From the NCBI GenBank assembly GCA_020631855.1, contig JACKGU010000001.1, positions 295,601-359,600 on the forward strand: a stretch of DNA of 64,000 bases, given 5' to 3'. The notes under the pieces are model-generated. The model ran no database searches, was not told the DNA's origin, and was given only the letters and a program-made list of their open reading frames with translations. Positions 37,577-46,764 of this stretch are shown piece after piece. Each line of letters opens with the position of its first letter. The first letter of the stretch is position 1. This stretch comes from Candidatus Nomurabacteria bacterium. Its GTDB lineage: Bacteria; Patescibacteriota; WWE3; UBA101185; UBA10185. The position numbers and the translations under genes are program-made.

Positions 37577-37577
37577 T

Positions 37578-38309
37578 ATGTTGTTAACAGAAAGACAGAT
37601 AAACCTACTAAAAGCTATCATAGAAGAGTATTTAGATACTGCTCAACCTGTTGGGTCCTCTCTTATTGTCGAGAAATACAACGTTAAATGCTCCCCTGCC
37701 ACAGTTAGAAACGAAATGGCAAGATTGCTCAGCGAAGGTTTTTTGCAGATGGAGCATACATCTTCGGGAAGAATTCCAACTTCTTCGGCTTATAAGTTCT
37801 TTTTGGAGGAATTGATGGAAGAAGAAGAGCTGGATGTCCTGCAGGAAGTTGCGATGAAACAGAAACTTTGGGCTAACAGATATGAATTTGAAAAACTTCT
37901 AAGACAAGCGGTACTCGCGTTATCTGAAATAACGCAAGAATTGGCCCTAGCTACAACCGATGACGGATACGTAATTCATGCAGGATCGGTTAACCTTTTG
38001 GATCACAAGGAGTTCACTGATGAAAATACAATAAAAAGCATACTACATATGCTGGACAGACACGAGGCGCTAGCAAAAATATTTGAAAAAATAAGCTTAG
38101 TAGATGACGGAGAAGTAAAATGTCTGATAGGCGCAGATTTGGAGCACCCGAACTTAGAAGGTTGCAGCGCAATTGTCGCAAAATACAGCGTGGGGAAAAG
38201 AAAAGGTTATATAGCGGTATTAGGTCCCTCAAGACTTCAGTATCAAAGAATAATCCCTTCACTTAGGTACACTAAAAATTTAGTAGAAGAACTTGGCGGT
38301 TCTTGGTAA
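37578..38309 (+). CDS. hrcA: Heat-inducible transcription repressor HrcA (short, 243 aa)
   Basis: LTERQINLLKAIIEEY..PVGS...SPATVRNEMARL. Synteny with grpE-dnaK-dnaJ. Confidence 0.9.
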   Translation: MLLTERQINLLKAIIEEYLDTAQPVGSSLIVEKYNVKCSPATVRNEMARLLSEGFLQMEHTSSGRIPTSSAYKFFLEELMEEEELDVLQEVAMKQKLWANRYEFEKLLRQAVLALSEITQELALATTDDGYVIHAGSVNLLDHKEFTDENTIKSILHMLDRHEALAKIFEKISLVDDGEVKCLIGADLEHPNLEGCSAIVAKYSVGKRKGYIAVLGPSRLQYQRIIPSLRYTKNLVEELGGSW

Positions 38310-38314
38310 TCAAA

Positions 38315-38776
38315 ATGACAAGTAAAAAAAGCACAACAAAAGTAGTCGAAGAACTACAGAAAAAAATTGAAGAATACGAAGAAAATTGGAAACGAGCTCT
38401 AGCGGACTATAAAAATCTTCAAAAAAGGGTTGAGGAAGAAAGGGCTGAGATATTCGGGTACGCAAATAAAAACCTAATTCAAAGATTTATACCTGTTCTG
38501 GACAACCTGGAAACTATGGCAAAGCACTTTGAAGACCAAGGAATAAAATTAATTTTAAAACAATTGATACAAATTCTTGAAGAAGAGGGTGTAGCAGAGA
38601 TAGAGTCCGATAAGAAAACGTTTGATCCACATGAAATGGAAGCAGTTGAGCATGTAGAAACCGGAGGCGATCTAGACAACAAAGTTATTGAGACTACTCA
38701 AAAAGGATACAAGATGGGAAACAAAGTTATCAGGCCTGCTAGAGTAAAAGTAGGCAAAACAAAAGGAGAAAAATAG
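38315..38776 (+). CDS. grpE: Nucleotide exchange factor GrpE
   Basis: [12 protein letters not shown]..., [23 protein letters not shown]. The ATG at 38315 is preferred over the TTG at 38303. Confidence 0.93.
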   Translation: MTSKKSTTKVVEELQKKIEEYEENWKRALADYKNLQKRVEEERAEIFGYANKNLIQRFIPVLDNLETMAKHFEDQGIKLILKQLIQILEEEGVAEIESDKKTFDPHEMEAVEHVETGGDLDNKVIETTQKGYKMGNKVIRPARVKVGKTKGEK

Positions 38777-38777
38777 T

Positions 38778-40658
38778 ATGGGTAAAATAATAGGCATAGA
38801 CCTAGGTACAACAAACAGTGCGATGGCCGTAATGGAAAGTGGCCAACCAAAAATAATTCCAAACTCTGAGGGTATGAATACAACTCCCTCGATAGTAAAC
38901 CCTACTGCAAACTTGGTAGGCGTAGCTGCAAAGAGACAGCAGGTGGTAAATCCAAAAAACACCATTTTCAGCATCAAAAGGCTGATAGGTATGAAGTTCA
39001 ACGATCCTGAGATTGACACACTCAAAAAAAACTATCCCTACACTATAGTGGAAGGTAAAAATGGAATGGCTGCAGTAGAGGTAGACGGGAAAACCTTCAC
39101 GCCACAAGAAATATCAGCCATGATTTTAAGAAAACTTAAAGCTGATGCTGAAAAATATTTGGGGCAAGAAGTAACAGAGGCGGTAATTACCGTCCCTGCC
39201 TACTTTAATGACGCGCAAAGATCAGCAACTAAAGAAGCCGGACAAATAGCAGGCTTAGAGGTTAAAAGAATAATTAACGAGCCTACTGCAGCTTCTCTAG
39301 CCTATGGCTTGGATAAGAAATCAAATGAAAAGATAGTGGTTTATGACTTAGGTGGAGGAACCTTTGATGTTTCTGTACTTGAGGTGGGAGACGGAGTTTT
39401 TGAGGTTAAATCAACGAACGGAGATACACATTTAGGGGGAGATGACTTTGACGTATGTTTAATAAATTGGCTGCTTGAGGAGTTTAAGAAAGAAACAGGC
39501 ATAGAACTAACTCAAGACAAGCAAGCAATGCAAAGACTAAAAGATGCAGCGGAAAAAGCCAAAATAGAGCTATCAAGTACTCTTGAAACAGAAGTAAATA
39601 TACCTTTCATCACTGCAGATGCAAATGGCCCAAAACACATGAATATTAAACTCACTCGATCTAAATACGAACAACTAGTCGAGGAGTTGATTAATAAAAC
39701 ACTCAAGCCAATAGAAAACGCACTAAAAGATGCGTCCTTAGATAAAGGGCAGATAGACGAAATTGTGATGGTCGGAGGTATGACTAGAACTCCAAAAGTG
39801 AACGAGGTTGTTAAAAAATCTTTCGGAAAAGAGCCGCATAAAGGAGTTAACCCCGATGAAGTTGTTGCAATTGGGGCCGCTATACAAGGGGGCGTACTAG
39901 GTGGGGACGTAAAAGATGTTCTACTACTCGATGTCACACCCCTAACCTTGGGGATCGAAACACTAGGCGGAATTATGACTCCTTTAATTAAACGGAACAC
40001 AACAGTGCCGACTGCAGCAAATCAAATATTCAGCACTGCTGCCGATAGCCAAACTAGCGTGGAAATAAACATTCTTCAAGGAGAACGCGAAATGGCAATA
40101 GATAACAAGAGTCTTGGCCGCTTTATATTAGACGGAATACCGCCGGCCCCAAGAGGCGTTCCTCAGATAGAAGTTACATTTGACTTAGATGCCAGCGGCA
40201 TAATACACGTTAGCGCCAAAGACAAGACCTCAGGCAAAGAACAAAAAATAAAGATTGAAGGTGGAACAGGCCTTAGTCAAGAAGAAATAGATAAAATGGT
40301 AAAAGACGCCCAACTTCATGCTGAAGAAGATAAAAAGAAAAAAGAACAAATAGAGGCCAGGAATATAGCTGATAACATGTGCCATGCCGCAGAGAAAGCC
40401 TTAAAGGATTCCGAAGGTAAGCTGACAGAGGAAATTGTTTCTGATATTACAGCTAAGGTGAAGGGTGTCAGAGATGTTCTGTCCACAGCTTCCACAGAAG
40501 AACTCAAGCAAAAAACCGAAGAGTTAAGTAGCGCTATGCAGAAAATAGGAGAGCACCTTGCAAAGCAATCACAAACCGGCACGGAAGAGCAAGGAAATGA
40601 CCCTAAAAGAGAAGGTCCGGAGGATGAAGTAACAGAAGGGGAAGTGGTGCAAGAGTAG
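38778..40658 (+). CDS. dnaK: Chaperone DnaK (Hsp70)
   Basis: [17 protein letters not shown], and a full substrate-binding domain. AAAGGAG SD. Confidence 0.98.
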   Translation: MGKIIGIDLGTTNSAMAVMESGQPKIIPNSEGMNTTPSIVNPTANLVGVAAKRQQVVNPKNTIFSIKRLIGMKFNDPEIDTLKKNYPYTIVEGKNGMAAVEVDGKTFTPQEISAMILRKLKADAEKYLGQEVTEAVITVPAYFNDAQRSATKEAGQIAGLEVKRIINEPTAASLAYGLDKKSNEKIVVYDLGGGTFDVSVLEVGDGVFEVKSTNGDTHLGGDDFDVCLINWLLEEFKKETGIELTQDKQAMQRLKDAAEKAKIELSSTLETEVNIPFITADANGPKHMNIKLTRSKYEQLVEELINKTLKPIENALKDASLDKGQIDEIVMVGGMTRTPKVNEVVKKSFGKEPHKGVNPDEVVAIGAAIQGGVLGGDVKDVLLLDVTPLTLGIETLGGIMTPLIKRNTTVPTAANQIFSTAADSQTSVEINILQGEREMAIDNKSLGRFILDGIPPAPRGVPQIEVTFDLDASGIIHVSAKDKTSGKEQKIKIEGGTGLSQEEIDKMVKDAQLHAEEDKKKKEQIEARNIADNMCHAAEKALKDSEGKLTEEIVSDITAKVKGVRDVLSTASTEELKQKTEELSSAMQKIGEHLAKQSQTGTEEQGNDPKREGPEDEVTEGEVVQE

Positions 40659-40688
40659 AGTTTACGGACAGATTCTGAGTGTCTTTTG

Positions 40689-40714
40689 GTGTGCGGGCCG
40701 TAAGGCCCGCACAC
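40689..40714 (+). other. GC-rich 11-bp stem-loop with a GUAA tetraloop after dnaK (no U-tract)
   Basis: GUGUGCGGGCC-GUAA-GGCCCGCACAC. Confidence 0.65.
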
Positions 40715-40746
40715 TACGTTAAAACTAAGAGAAAGAAAAGAACAAT

Positions 40747-41661
40747 ATGGAAAAAAGAGATTACTATGAAATACTAGGCATTTCTAAAAGCGCCTCTCCG
40801 GAAGAAATAAAAAGCGCTTACAGAAAACTTGCCAGAGAGCACCATCCGGATATGGTAAAAGATGGGGACAAGGCAGCTGCTGAGAAAAGATTTAAAGAAA
40901 TAAATGAAGCTTATCAAATATTAAGCGAGCCCGATAAAAGAAAAATGTACGATCAATTCGGCCACGAAGGCGCTAAATATCGAAATACCGGACAAGGTTT
41001 TAGCGGGGGAGGCGCCGGAGGTCCTTTCAGCTATACCTACACAACGGGAGGCGCGGGCTTTGACGGAATAGATCCTTTTGATATATTCGAACAATTTTTC
41101 GGGTTTCGCGGCTTCGGGGGAAGAAGGCAAAACAAAGGAAAGAATCTTTACTACGAACTACATGTTGCATTTGAAGACGCAGTGCATGGTGCAAAAAAAG
41201 ATATAACCACAGAAGCCGGCAAAATAACAATAAAAATCCCGCAAGGAGCCAGAGACGGTATAGAGCTAAGATTCGCGGGCAAGGGAATGCCGGGTCCGGC
41301 AAAAGACATACCTAACGGAGATTTATTTATAACATTAAGGATCGCAACACCGAAGATTTTTCAAAGAGCCGGAGATAATCTTGGGACACTACTAAAAATT
41401 GACTTCATTCAGGCTATATTGGGTGACGAGGTGCCTGTAGATGTAATAGATACATCAGAGAAAACAGGCATGGGCCACGTGAAACTTAAAATACCAGCGG
41501 GTACTCAAAACGGGGCCCAATTCAGGCTTAAAAACCGAGGTATGCCGAAACTTCAAGGAACAGGACAAGGAGATTTAATAGTTCAAGTTGAGGTAATAAC
41601 ACCAAAAAAAGTTTCAAAGAAACAGAAACAGCTACTTGAAGAATACCGTAAAAACTCATAA
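40747..41661 (+). CDS. dnaJ: J-domain co-chaperone (DnaJ/CbpA type) lacking the Cys-rich zinc-finger domain
   Basis: J domain with HPD, G/F region and C-terminal beta domains. No CxxCxGxG repeats. Confidence 0.9.
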   Translation: MEKRDYYEILGISKSASPEEIKSAYRKLAREHHPDMVKDGDKAAAEKRFKEINEAYQILSEPDKRKMYDQFGHEGAKYRNTGQGFSGGGAGGPFSYTYTTGGAGFDGIDPFDIFEQFFGFRGFGGRRQNKGKNLYYELHVAFEDAVHGAKKDITTEAGKITIKIPQGARDGIELRFAGKGMPGPAKDIPNGDLFITLRIATPKIFQRAGDNLGTLLKIDFIQAILGDEVPVDVIDTSEKTGMGHVKLKIPAGTQNGAQFRLKNRGMPKLQGTGQGDLIVQVEVITPKKVSKKQKQLLEEYRKNS

Positions 41662-41797
41662 AACAGGCATGGTAAGGGGGCGACTTTAGTACAACGCCGG
41701 TCTTAAAATAACATAATCATCAATGCACTATTTTAAGTTGCTAGATTTTCCTGTACACTTTCATACACACAAACTTAACATGGGAAGTTAAAGAATC

Positions 41798-42469
41798 ATG
41801 ACAACTATTTATCTAGTTAGACACGGAGAAAACCTAGCAAACATTACCAGAGAACTTTCTTATAAACACATAGACTATGAGCTGACGAACAAAGGACATT
41901 TTCAAGCAGCTCAAACTGCTACAGCCTTTGATAATATAACCATAGATGCAATCTACTCTTCTCCTCTTAAAAGAGCGATGCAAACGGCAGAATATATAGC
42001 TAAAAGAAAGAAACTAATACCAAAAATTTTAGAAAACTTCAGAGAAATAAATATGGGAAAGGTCGAAGGGATGAAGCCAAATGAAGAAAGTTGGAAACAA
42101 TATTTTTTAATCACACATAAATGGTATATGGGCGAAGAAGACATAAGCTTTCCTGAAGGAGAAAACTACTCTCAGCTAGTTAACCGCTTTGCAACGGGCC
42201 TACTAGAAGCAATCAAAAAAACTCTGCACGGTAATATTGCAGTTATTGGGCATGCAGGCATCTTTGCAGCCGGAGTGATCCATCTTTGTAAAATAGAAAA
42301 TAAAAAAGAGTTTTCTGCTATACAAAACCATAACTGCTCAATAAGCGAGCTGTCGGTCACACAAAACAATCAAAACCTATCTTACTCCTTAGTCAAGTGG
42401 GCCGACAGCTCGCACTTAACGGGCAGCGCCGCGAAACTAGTTAAAGGCATGCCCGAATCGTCATCCTGA
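41798..42469 (+). CDS. Histidine phosphatase family protein (phosphoglycerate mutase-like)
   Basis: LVRHGEN (RHG motif), SSPLKRAMQTAE, downstream GHAG. Confidence 0.85.
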   Translation: MTTIYLVRHGENLANITRELSYKHIDYELTNKGHFQAAQTATAFDNITIDAIYSSPLKRAMQTAEYIAKRKKLIPKILENFREINMGKVEGMKPNEESWKQYFLITHKWYMGEEDISFPEGENYSQLVNRFATGLLEAIKKTLHGNIAVIGHAGIFAAGVIHLCKIENKKEFSAIQNHNCSISELSVTQNNQNLSYSLVKWADSSHLTGSAAKLVKGMPESSS

Positions 42470-42609
42470 GGCCAAGCTTGACCAACACACTTAATGTGTG
42501 GTAATTTACCTAGTGGACTTAAAAGGTGCTTAAAAACACCTATTAGCAAAAAACCATTATTCTTAGCCCAAGCTTAGGCTTGGAAAGATTAACTATAAAA
42601 ACAAAATGA

Positions 42610-42632
42610 GGTGGGAAGTTCCCGCCTTTTTT
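42610..42632 (+). terminator. Intrinsic terminator 140 nt downstream of the phosphatase gene
   Basis: GGUGGG-AAGUU-CCCGCC followed by U6. Confidence 0.6.
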
Positions 42633-42690
42633 GATAGAATTATACTGTTAGTAAAGGTTAATTGCTAAAGTAATAAATTTGGATAAAAAA

Positions 42691-43815
42691 ATGGCAACAA
42701 CAGAATTTAAAGCAGCATTAATACAGGTGGCAACTGAAAGAGGAATATCGGCCGAAGATGTTATAGAGTCTATTAAAAGTGCGCTGATTTCGGCATACAA
42801 AAAAGATTATGGGGCTGATCTCACTGAAGAGCAAATAGAGGAAATTACTGTAATTGTTGATCCTGACACCGGAGAAGCTAAAATAATTAAAGACAAGAAA
42901 GACGTTACGCCTCCGGGATTTGGCCGCATTGCAGCTCAGACGGCAAAACAGGTTATTTTGCAAAAAATACGCGAAAGCGAGAAAAAGGTCTTATTCGACG
43001 AATTTAAAGATAAGATAGGAATCTTAATTACAGGACAAATTTTTAGAATTGAGAACGGTCTTATTATATTGGACATCGGAAAAGCACAGGGCGTACTACC
43101 TCAGTCGGAACAAGTTGAGAATGAGCATTACAGAATTAATCAAAGACTAAAAGTTTACGTAAAAGACGTTAGAACAGGCCCTAGAGGCACAGAAGTAATT
43201 TTAAGCAGGAGCGACGCTGAATTAGTAAGAAGGCTTTTTGAACAGGAAGTTCCTGAAGTGTCCTCCGGGGTCGTAGAAATAAAAGCTATAGCTAGAGAAG
43301 CCGGCTCACGAACAAAAATAGCGGTTTCATCAAACGACGCAAAAATAGATCCGGTGGGCAGCTGTGTGGGCCAAAAGGGTGTAAGAGTACAGGCTATAAT
43401 CTCAGAGCTATTCGGGGAAAAAATAGATATAATCCCCTTTTCTGCTAGTATTGAAAAGTACATAGCAGCAGCGCTATCGCCAGCTAGAGTTACGGGAGTA
43501 GAAATAATCGAAGATGAAAATAGGGCCGTAGTATCGGTTCCGGAAGATCAGCAGAGCCTTGCTATAGGACGCGAAGGACAAAACGCCCGCCTAGCAAATA
43601 AACTAACTAAATGGAAAATAGATATAAAGGGCACAAAAGGGGTATTCGACACAACCGAAGACACATCTTCACAGTCAACTGAAAATAGGGATGTGGTAGG
43701 AGTATGGGACGCTGCTATTGAAAAAGTAAACAAGCAGTTAGAGGACTCTGCCAAAACAACAGAAGAAAAAATACAAGAAAACACTGAGAGCGAAAAAACA
43801 GAATCTACCCAATAG
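42691..43815 (+). CDS. nusA: Transcription termination/antitermination factor NusA
   Basis: N-terminal domain, S1 and two KH domains (..GSCVGQKGVRVQAI.., ..AIGREGQNARLA..). ATG at 42691 preferred over TTG at 42679. Confidence 0.95.
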   Translation: MATTEFKAALIQVATERGISAEDVIESIKSALISAYKKDYGADLTEEQIEEITVIVDPDTGEAKIIKDKKDVTPPGFGRIAAQTAKQVILQKIRESEKKVLFDEFKDKIGILITGQIFRIENGLIILDIGKAQGVLPQSEQVENEHYRINQRLKVYVKDVRTGPRGTEVILSRSDAELVRRLFEQEVPEVSSGVVEIKAIAREAGSRTKIAVSSNDAKIDPVGSCVGQKGVRVQAIISELFGEKIDIIPFSASIEKYIAAALSPARVTGVEIIEDENRAVVSVPEDQQSLAIGREGQNARLANKLTKWKIDIKGTKGVFDTTEDTSSQSTENRDVVGVWDAAIEKVNKQLEDSAKTTEEKIQENTESEKTESTQ

Positions 43816-43881
43816 TAAGACCTAAACAAGAAGCATTAGAGTGTGAGGAAAAAAATAAAAGGGCTTTTTAAATCCTTCCCG

Positions 43882-43890
43882 TGCTAAAAT
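43882..43890 (+). promoter_or_regulatory. Extended -10 promoter (TGCTAAAAT) upstream of infB
   Basis: Read directly. About 50-nt leader ending in AAGGTG-N4-ATG. Confidence 0.4.
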
Positions 43891-43943
43891 ATTGCGTTAG
43901 ATTTACACATAATTAAAAGATCGGTGTATAGTAAAAGGTGAAC

Positions 43944-45440
43944 ATGAGTACAACAAATAAAACAAATACTAAATCAAATAAAGCTGTGAGACCTCCTATT
44001 GTAACAATAATGGGACATGTGGACCACGGTAAAACGAGCATACTGGATTACATTAGAAAAACAAAAATCCAAGAACGAGAGTACGGCGGAATAACTCAGC
44101 ACATAGGCGCATACCAAATAAGTCATAAATCTAAATTGATAACATTTATCGATACACCGGGGCACGCAGCCTTTTCTCAAATGCGTTCCAGAGGGGGCAA
44201 AGCTGCCGATTTGGTGGTTTTAGTTGTAGCCGCTGAAGAAGGCGTAAAGCCGCAAACAAAAGAAGCGATTCTACACGCTAAAGCGGCTGGGGTACCAATT
44301 ATTGTTGCAATAAACAAAATAGATAAACCCGGCGCGGATTCTCAAAAAGTAAAACAAGAGCTTGCCCAAGCCAATATAATGGTCGAGGATTGGGGCGGAG
44401 ACATAGTATGTGTAGAAACCTCAGCAATCTCCGGAAAAGGCATATCTGAGCTTTTAGACGCCATTTTAGCTGTAGCCGAGATGGAGAATTTAGTAGCAGA
44501 CAGCAATGCGGAACTTGAAGCAATAATCATTGAATCAAAACTTGACCCTAAAAGAGGTGTGGTTGTAAGTTGCATAGTTAAAAGCGGCTCCTTGAAAGTC
44601 GGCTCTGAAGTTACGGGCAGCGGCATAGAGGCAAAAGTAAAATCAATGGTAAATCCTTATGGTATAAGCATTGATATCGCAGGCCCTTCTACCCCTGTTG
44701 AAATACTGGGTTTTAAAACCACGCCGCACATAGGCGATTTGATTGTCGAAAAAGGAAGCGAACTTGCTGAGTTAAGCATTGTTGATGATCACAACGAAGT
44801 TATAGGGGCTAACACAAAACGTACTGTAGGAATTATTATTAGAGCCGACACGCAAGGCACACTCGAAGCAGTTAAACAGAGCCTAGCCAACCTCATTACC
44901 GAATCGGTGGGCTTAGACTTTTCTATAAAATTTGTACACACTGCAACGGGAGATATTACAGACTCAGACGTACTTCTGGCTTCAACAACCGACAGCGTTA
45001 TCGTGGGCTTTAATGTTAAAGAGGGAAAATCGGTTACTGAGCTCGCATCAGAACTAAAAGTAACAGCAAAAACATATAAAACTATATACGACCTCATAGA
45101 TGAAATAAAGGATCTTTTAGAAGGTACTGCGATTAAAGAGGAGCAAAAAATAAAAGGTCGTGCTCAGGTTATAAAAAAGTTTAAACTTCCATCCGGAGAC
45201 GTAATTTTGGGCAGTAAAATTTTGGCAGGAAAAGTAAAAGAAAACGACAGGGTCGGCATATTTCTAATCAATCCATCAGAGGCCACCGAGCAAGATACGC
45301 CTCTATATTACTCTAAAATTAAGAAAATCAAGGTTCAAAAAAACGAAGTAAAAGAAATAAAAAAAGGTCTTGAATGCGGCCTACTGTTAAAACCTCAAAT
45401 AGACGAAATCGAGCCCGGCATGTACATAGAAGTTCTTTAG
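43944..45440 (+). CDS. infB: Translation initiation factor IF-2 (short form, no long N-terminal region)
   Basis: [31 protein letters not shown] at 43944 is preferred because the GTG at 43938 is part of the SD AAGGTG. Confidence 0.95.
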   Translation: MSTTNKTNTKSNKAVRPPIVTIMGHVDHGKTSILDYIRKTKIQEREYGGITQHIGAYQISHKSKLITFIDTPGHAAFSQMRSRGGKAADLVVLVVAAEEGVKPQTKEAILHAKAAGVPIIVAINKIDKPGADSQKVKQELAQANIMVEDWGGDIVCVETSAISGKGISELLDAILAVAEMENLVADSNAELEAIIIESKLDPKRGVVVSCIVKSGSLKVGSEVTGSGIEAKVKSMVNPYGISIDIAGPSTPVEILGFKTTPHIGDLIVEKGSELAELSIVDDHNEVIGANTKRTVGIIIRADTQGTLEAVKQSLANLITESVGLDFSIKFVHTATGDITDSDVLLASTTDSVIVGFNVKEGKSVTELASELKVTAKTYKTIYDLIDEIKDLLEGTAIKEEQKIKGRAQVIKKFKLPSGDVILGSKILAGKVKENDRVGIFLINPSEATEQDTPLYYSKIKKIKVQKNEVKEIKKGLECGLLLKPQIDEIEPGMYIEVL

Positions 45441-45474
45441 AAACTGCAGTTCGCAAGCAAATAAGGCCAATACA

Positions 45475-45503
45475 TTGACACTATAGGACATTTATTGTAT
45501 ACT
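45475..45503 (+). promoter_or_regulatory. Consensus-like promoter TTGACA-17-TATACT
   Basis: Perfect -35 and 17-nt spacer. The -10 ends 4 nt before the GTG at 45508, so the first usable start may be the ATG at 45532. Confidence 0.6.
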
Positions 45504-45531
45504 CTACGTGTTCCAGCCCATACAGATTAAT

Positions 45532-46191
45532 ATGCAGATAGAAAACTACGACAATAATCAAATAGCCGAGCTTTTGCGTGATGCAAAAAGCGTTGGCATA
45601 ATAGCCTCAAGACTAAATCAACCGGATACTTTCTGTGCCGCTTCTGGACTCTACTTGATGCTCAAAAATACGTTCGAAGACAAAGAAATTAAACTTATTT
45701 ACAAAGGCGACATCCCCACAGAATGCAGCAATTTAATAAATAGCGAAGACGTTCACGCCAATGTCGATGAGAGAGACTTGGTAGTGACTGTGAACTACAA
45801 AGGGACAAGCGCATCAAAGGTACAATATAGCACTGAAGACGGAGTATTTCAGTTCAGGCTCGGCCCTGTGCCGAAATATTTTGATTTGGGCAACATTCAA
45901 AGCGTACTTTCAGGATTCGACTTCGATGTTGTGGTTACCATAGGTATTCCTGACCTCGAGGTAACAGGGAGTCTATACAGTAGCCTGAAGCACGAACTTA
46001 GCAGCGCAAAAATTGTAAACATAGACAATACAGGACTAAATAAAAGGTTTGGGAGCGTCAATGTAATTGATACGCAAGCAAGCTCACTTAGTACACTGGT
46101 CTTTAATTTAGCGGCAGAATGGAAACTCAAACCAACTGCAAAATCTGCAAAAATGCTGTTAGTAGGGGTTTCATCTACAAGCATAGACTAG
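45532..46191 (+). CDS. DHH-phosphoesterase-like protein with degenerate catalytic motifs
   Basis: Layout resembles an NrnA N-domain (GIIAS..QPDTFCAASGLYL; VVVTIGIPD; VNIDNTG where DHH is expected). The ORF-track start is at 45508. Confidence 0.4.
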   Translation: MQIENYDNNQIAELLRDAKSVGIIASRLNQPDTFCAASGLYLMLKNTFEDKEIKLIYKGDIPTECSNLINSEDVHANVDERDLVVTVNYKGTSASKVQYSTEDGVFQFRLGPVPKYFDLGNIQSVLSGFDFDVVVTIGIPDLEVTGSLYSSLKHELSSAKIVNIDNTGLNKRFGSVNVIDTQASSLSTLVFNLAAEWKLKPTAKSAKMLLVGVSSTSID

Positions 46192-46220
46192 TTGAAATAA
46201 GTATTTAATATTGTTACAAT
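46192..46220 (+). promoter_or_regulatory. rpsO promoter TTGAAA-17-(TGT)TACAAT, 10 nt from the ATG
   Basis: Hexamers and spacing read directly. No SD. Confidence 0.55.
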
Positions 46221-46230
46221 GTTTTAGCAT

Positions 46231-46491
46231 ATGGCATTAGATAAAAAGAATAAAACACAATTAATACAAGGTAGCAGACTTCACGATACCGACACAGGTT
46301 CCCCAGAGGTTCAAATAACTATATTGTCAAAAAGAATAGCCGAACTTTCTGAACACCTAAAAAAACACAAAAAAGACAACCACTCACGAAGAGGTCTTTT
46401 GCAAATGGTAAATAAACGAAGAAGGCTCCTTGCATTTTTGAAGAAAAAAGATCCTGAAAGATTCGAGAAATACGTAGAAAAACACGAGTAA
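46231..46491 (+). CDS. rpsO: 30S ribosomal protein S15
   Basis: 86 aa, ..[35 protein letters not shown]... Confidence 0.96.
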   Translation: MALDKKNKTQLIQGSRLHDTDTGSPEVQITILSKRIAELSEHLKKHKKDNHSRRGLLQMVNKRRRLLAFLKKKDPERFEKYVEKHE

Positions 46492-46764
46492 TGGCTTTTC
46501 CATATATCGGGGTATAGCGCCCGAAACTTTTTCAGTTTTTCCATATTTATAGAGTATCTTGAGGCCAAGCCTGGGATCCATGTGCTTCAAAGCACTTAGG
46601 CAGATTTGCCAAATATACGCACAGCGTATAAAGTATATAGTTGAAAGTATAAAAATTAAGGCGGAAGCTTTGTGATTAGGGTCAGACATAATGTACATAA
46701 TGTTTTAAATATTATGGATAGTATCTCTCATCTTAGTCACACAACAGCACTCCGAATAAAATAA

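Noticed and set aside
42465-42478. An 11-mer TGAGGCCAAGC shared between 42467 and 46560, each followed by a small hairpin, considered as a second repeat family.
   Set aside because: An 11-nt match is expected many times by chance among all position pairs in 64 kb, and the flanks do not align convincingly.
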